Shown here one piece after another: positions 63,501 through 64,000 of a DNA stretch of 64,000 nt. The number at the start of each line of letters is the position of its first letter. Positions within the stretch are counted from its first letter, which is position 1. The position numbers and the translations under genes were made by a program. The notes under the pieces are model-generated. The model was given only the letters and a program-made list of their open reading frames with translations. It was not told the DNA's origin and made no database searches. The stretch covers positions 30,070,001-30,134,000 of the forward strand of contig CP158635.1 of the NCBI GenBank assembly GCA_050273025.1, read 5' to 3'. Source of the stretch: Cenococcum geophilum. Its lineage: Eukaryota.

Positions 63501-64000
63501 ATGGCCTTTTACCTTTATTAAGTAGTAAGCTAGCACTAGCAGTCATCTGCTTGCTTAATCGTCTTTAGATATTACTTTTTCCGTCTTATAAAGTAATGGA
63601 TGCCGTATCTAACGGTATTATAATACCCGTTATTAAACCTTGCTCTATAGCGGTCTTAGTCTCTACTTTTATTACATTATTAAGGTTTAGATACTCCTAG
63701 TTAGTTCCTTTACTATCCTTATTACTATTAATTAATAAATACTCTAACTCTATTGTTATTATAGCTAATCTTTGTCTGTATATTACTATAATATCTTAAT
63801 CTAGCTTATAGAGTTAATCTTATTCTTTATCTAACTTTCTAGTTCCTTTAAGTCCTCTTAACTTTAGCTCTTATAGCTAATAGCTTGTACCATACTTAAC
63901 GTCTTTATAAATTTAGTATGCGTTATTATAACAAAACGTGAAACTTTTAATTAAACATTCTTTTATTCCTCGCAGTATACTATTATCCCTCTATATATGT
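57598..64000 (-). mobile_element. Family A copy A3 (3' LTR 57598-58019, pol and gag extension); continues beyond the window
   Basis: Collinear with the reverse complement of A1 16220-22588. Confidence 0.94.
58128..58800 (+). pseudogene. Antisense spliced Zn2Cys6-like accessory gene of A3
   Basis: Exon 1 58128-58356 (229 nt), intron 58357-58411 (55 nt). Exon 2 includes ALAKLKRSRNAE..ASTRLL.LKKVREKVRSKKWKLV..GL.EL. Confidence 0.78.

Noticed and set aside
1..64000. Naming the species or known elements, and calling effector genes
   Set aside because: Names need a database search. No un-RIPed single-copy ORF with a signal peptide was seen.

Overview
This window is AT-rich filamentous-ascomycete DNA made almost entirely of nested, RIP-inactivated transposons (CpA>TpA and TpG>TpA transitions, TAA/TAG throughout). 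I see no intact host gene. Family labels below are my own. LTR pairs and target-site duplications (TSDs) resolve four Ty3/gypsy chromovirus families: A (4 copies), B (3 copies), D and E. There are also two Ty1/copia families (C, 2 copies; F), a 5'-truncated Tad1-like LINE, the 3' half of a hAT element and the start of a probable Tc1/mariner element. Nesting reaches four levels (D>B0>A0>B1 and Tc1>F>C2>A3). The most interesting signal is an antisense, intron-containing accessory gene between pol and the PPT in all four family-A copies. It encodes a Zn(II)2Cys6-like cluster (C-x2-C-x6-C-x13-C-x2-C-x8-C) followed by a coiled coil. A second, dissimilar antisense multi-intron Cys6-like gene lies downstream of D pol. 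Family A also has a ~985-codon Gag with three C-x4-C-x2-H-x3-K-x5-[WY]-P repeats. A palindromic cis-module is shared by copia, gypsy and probable DNA-transposon sequences. Protein reconstructions use manual de-RIP across copies, and many internal boundaries are approximate.
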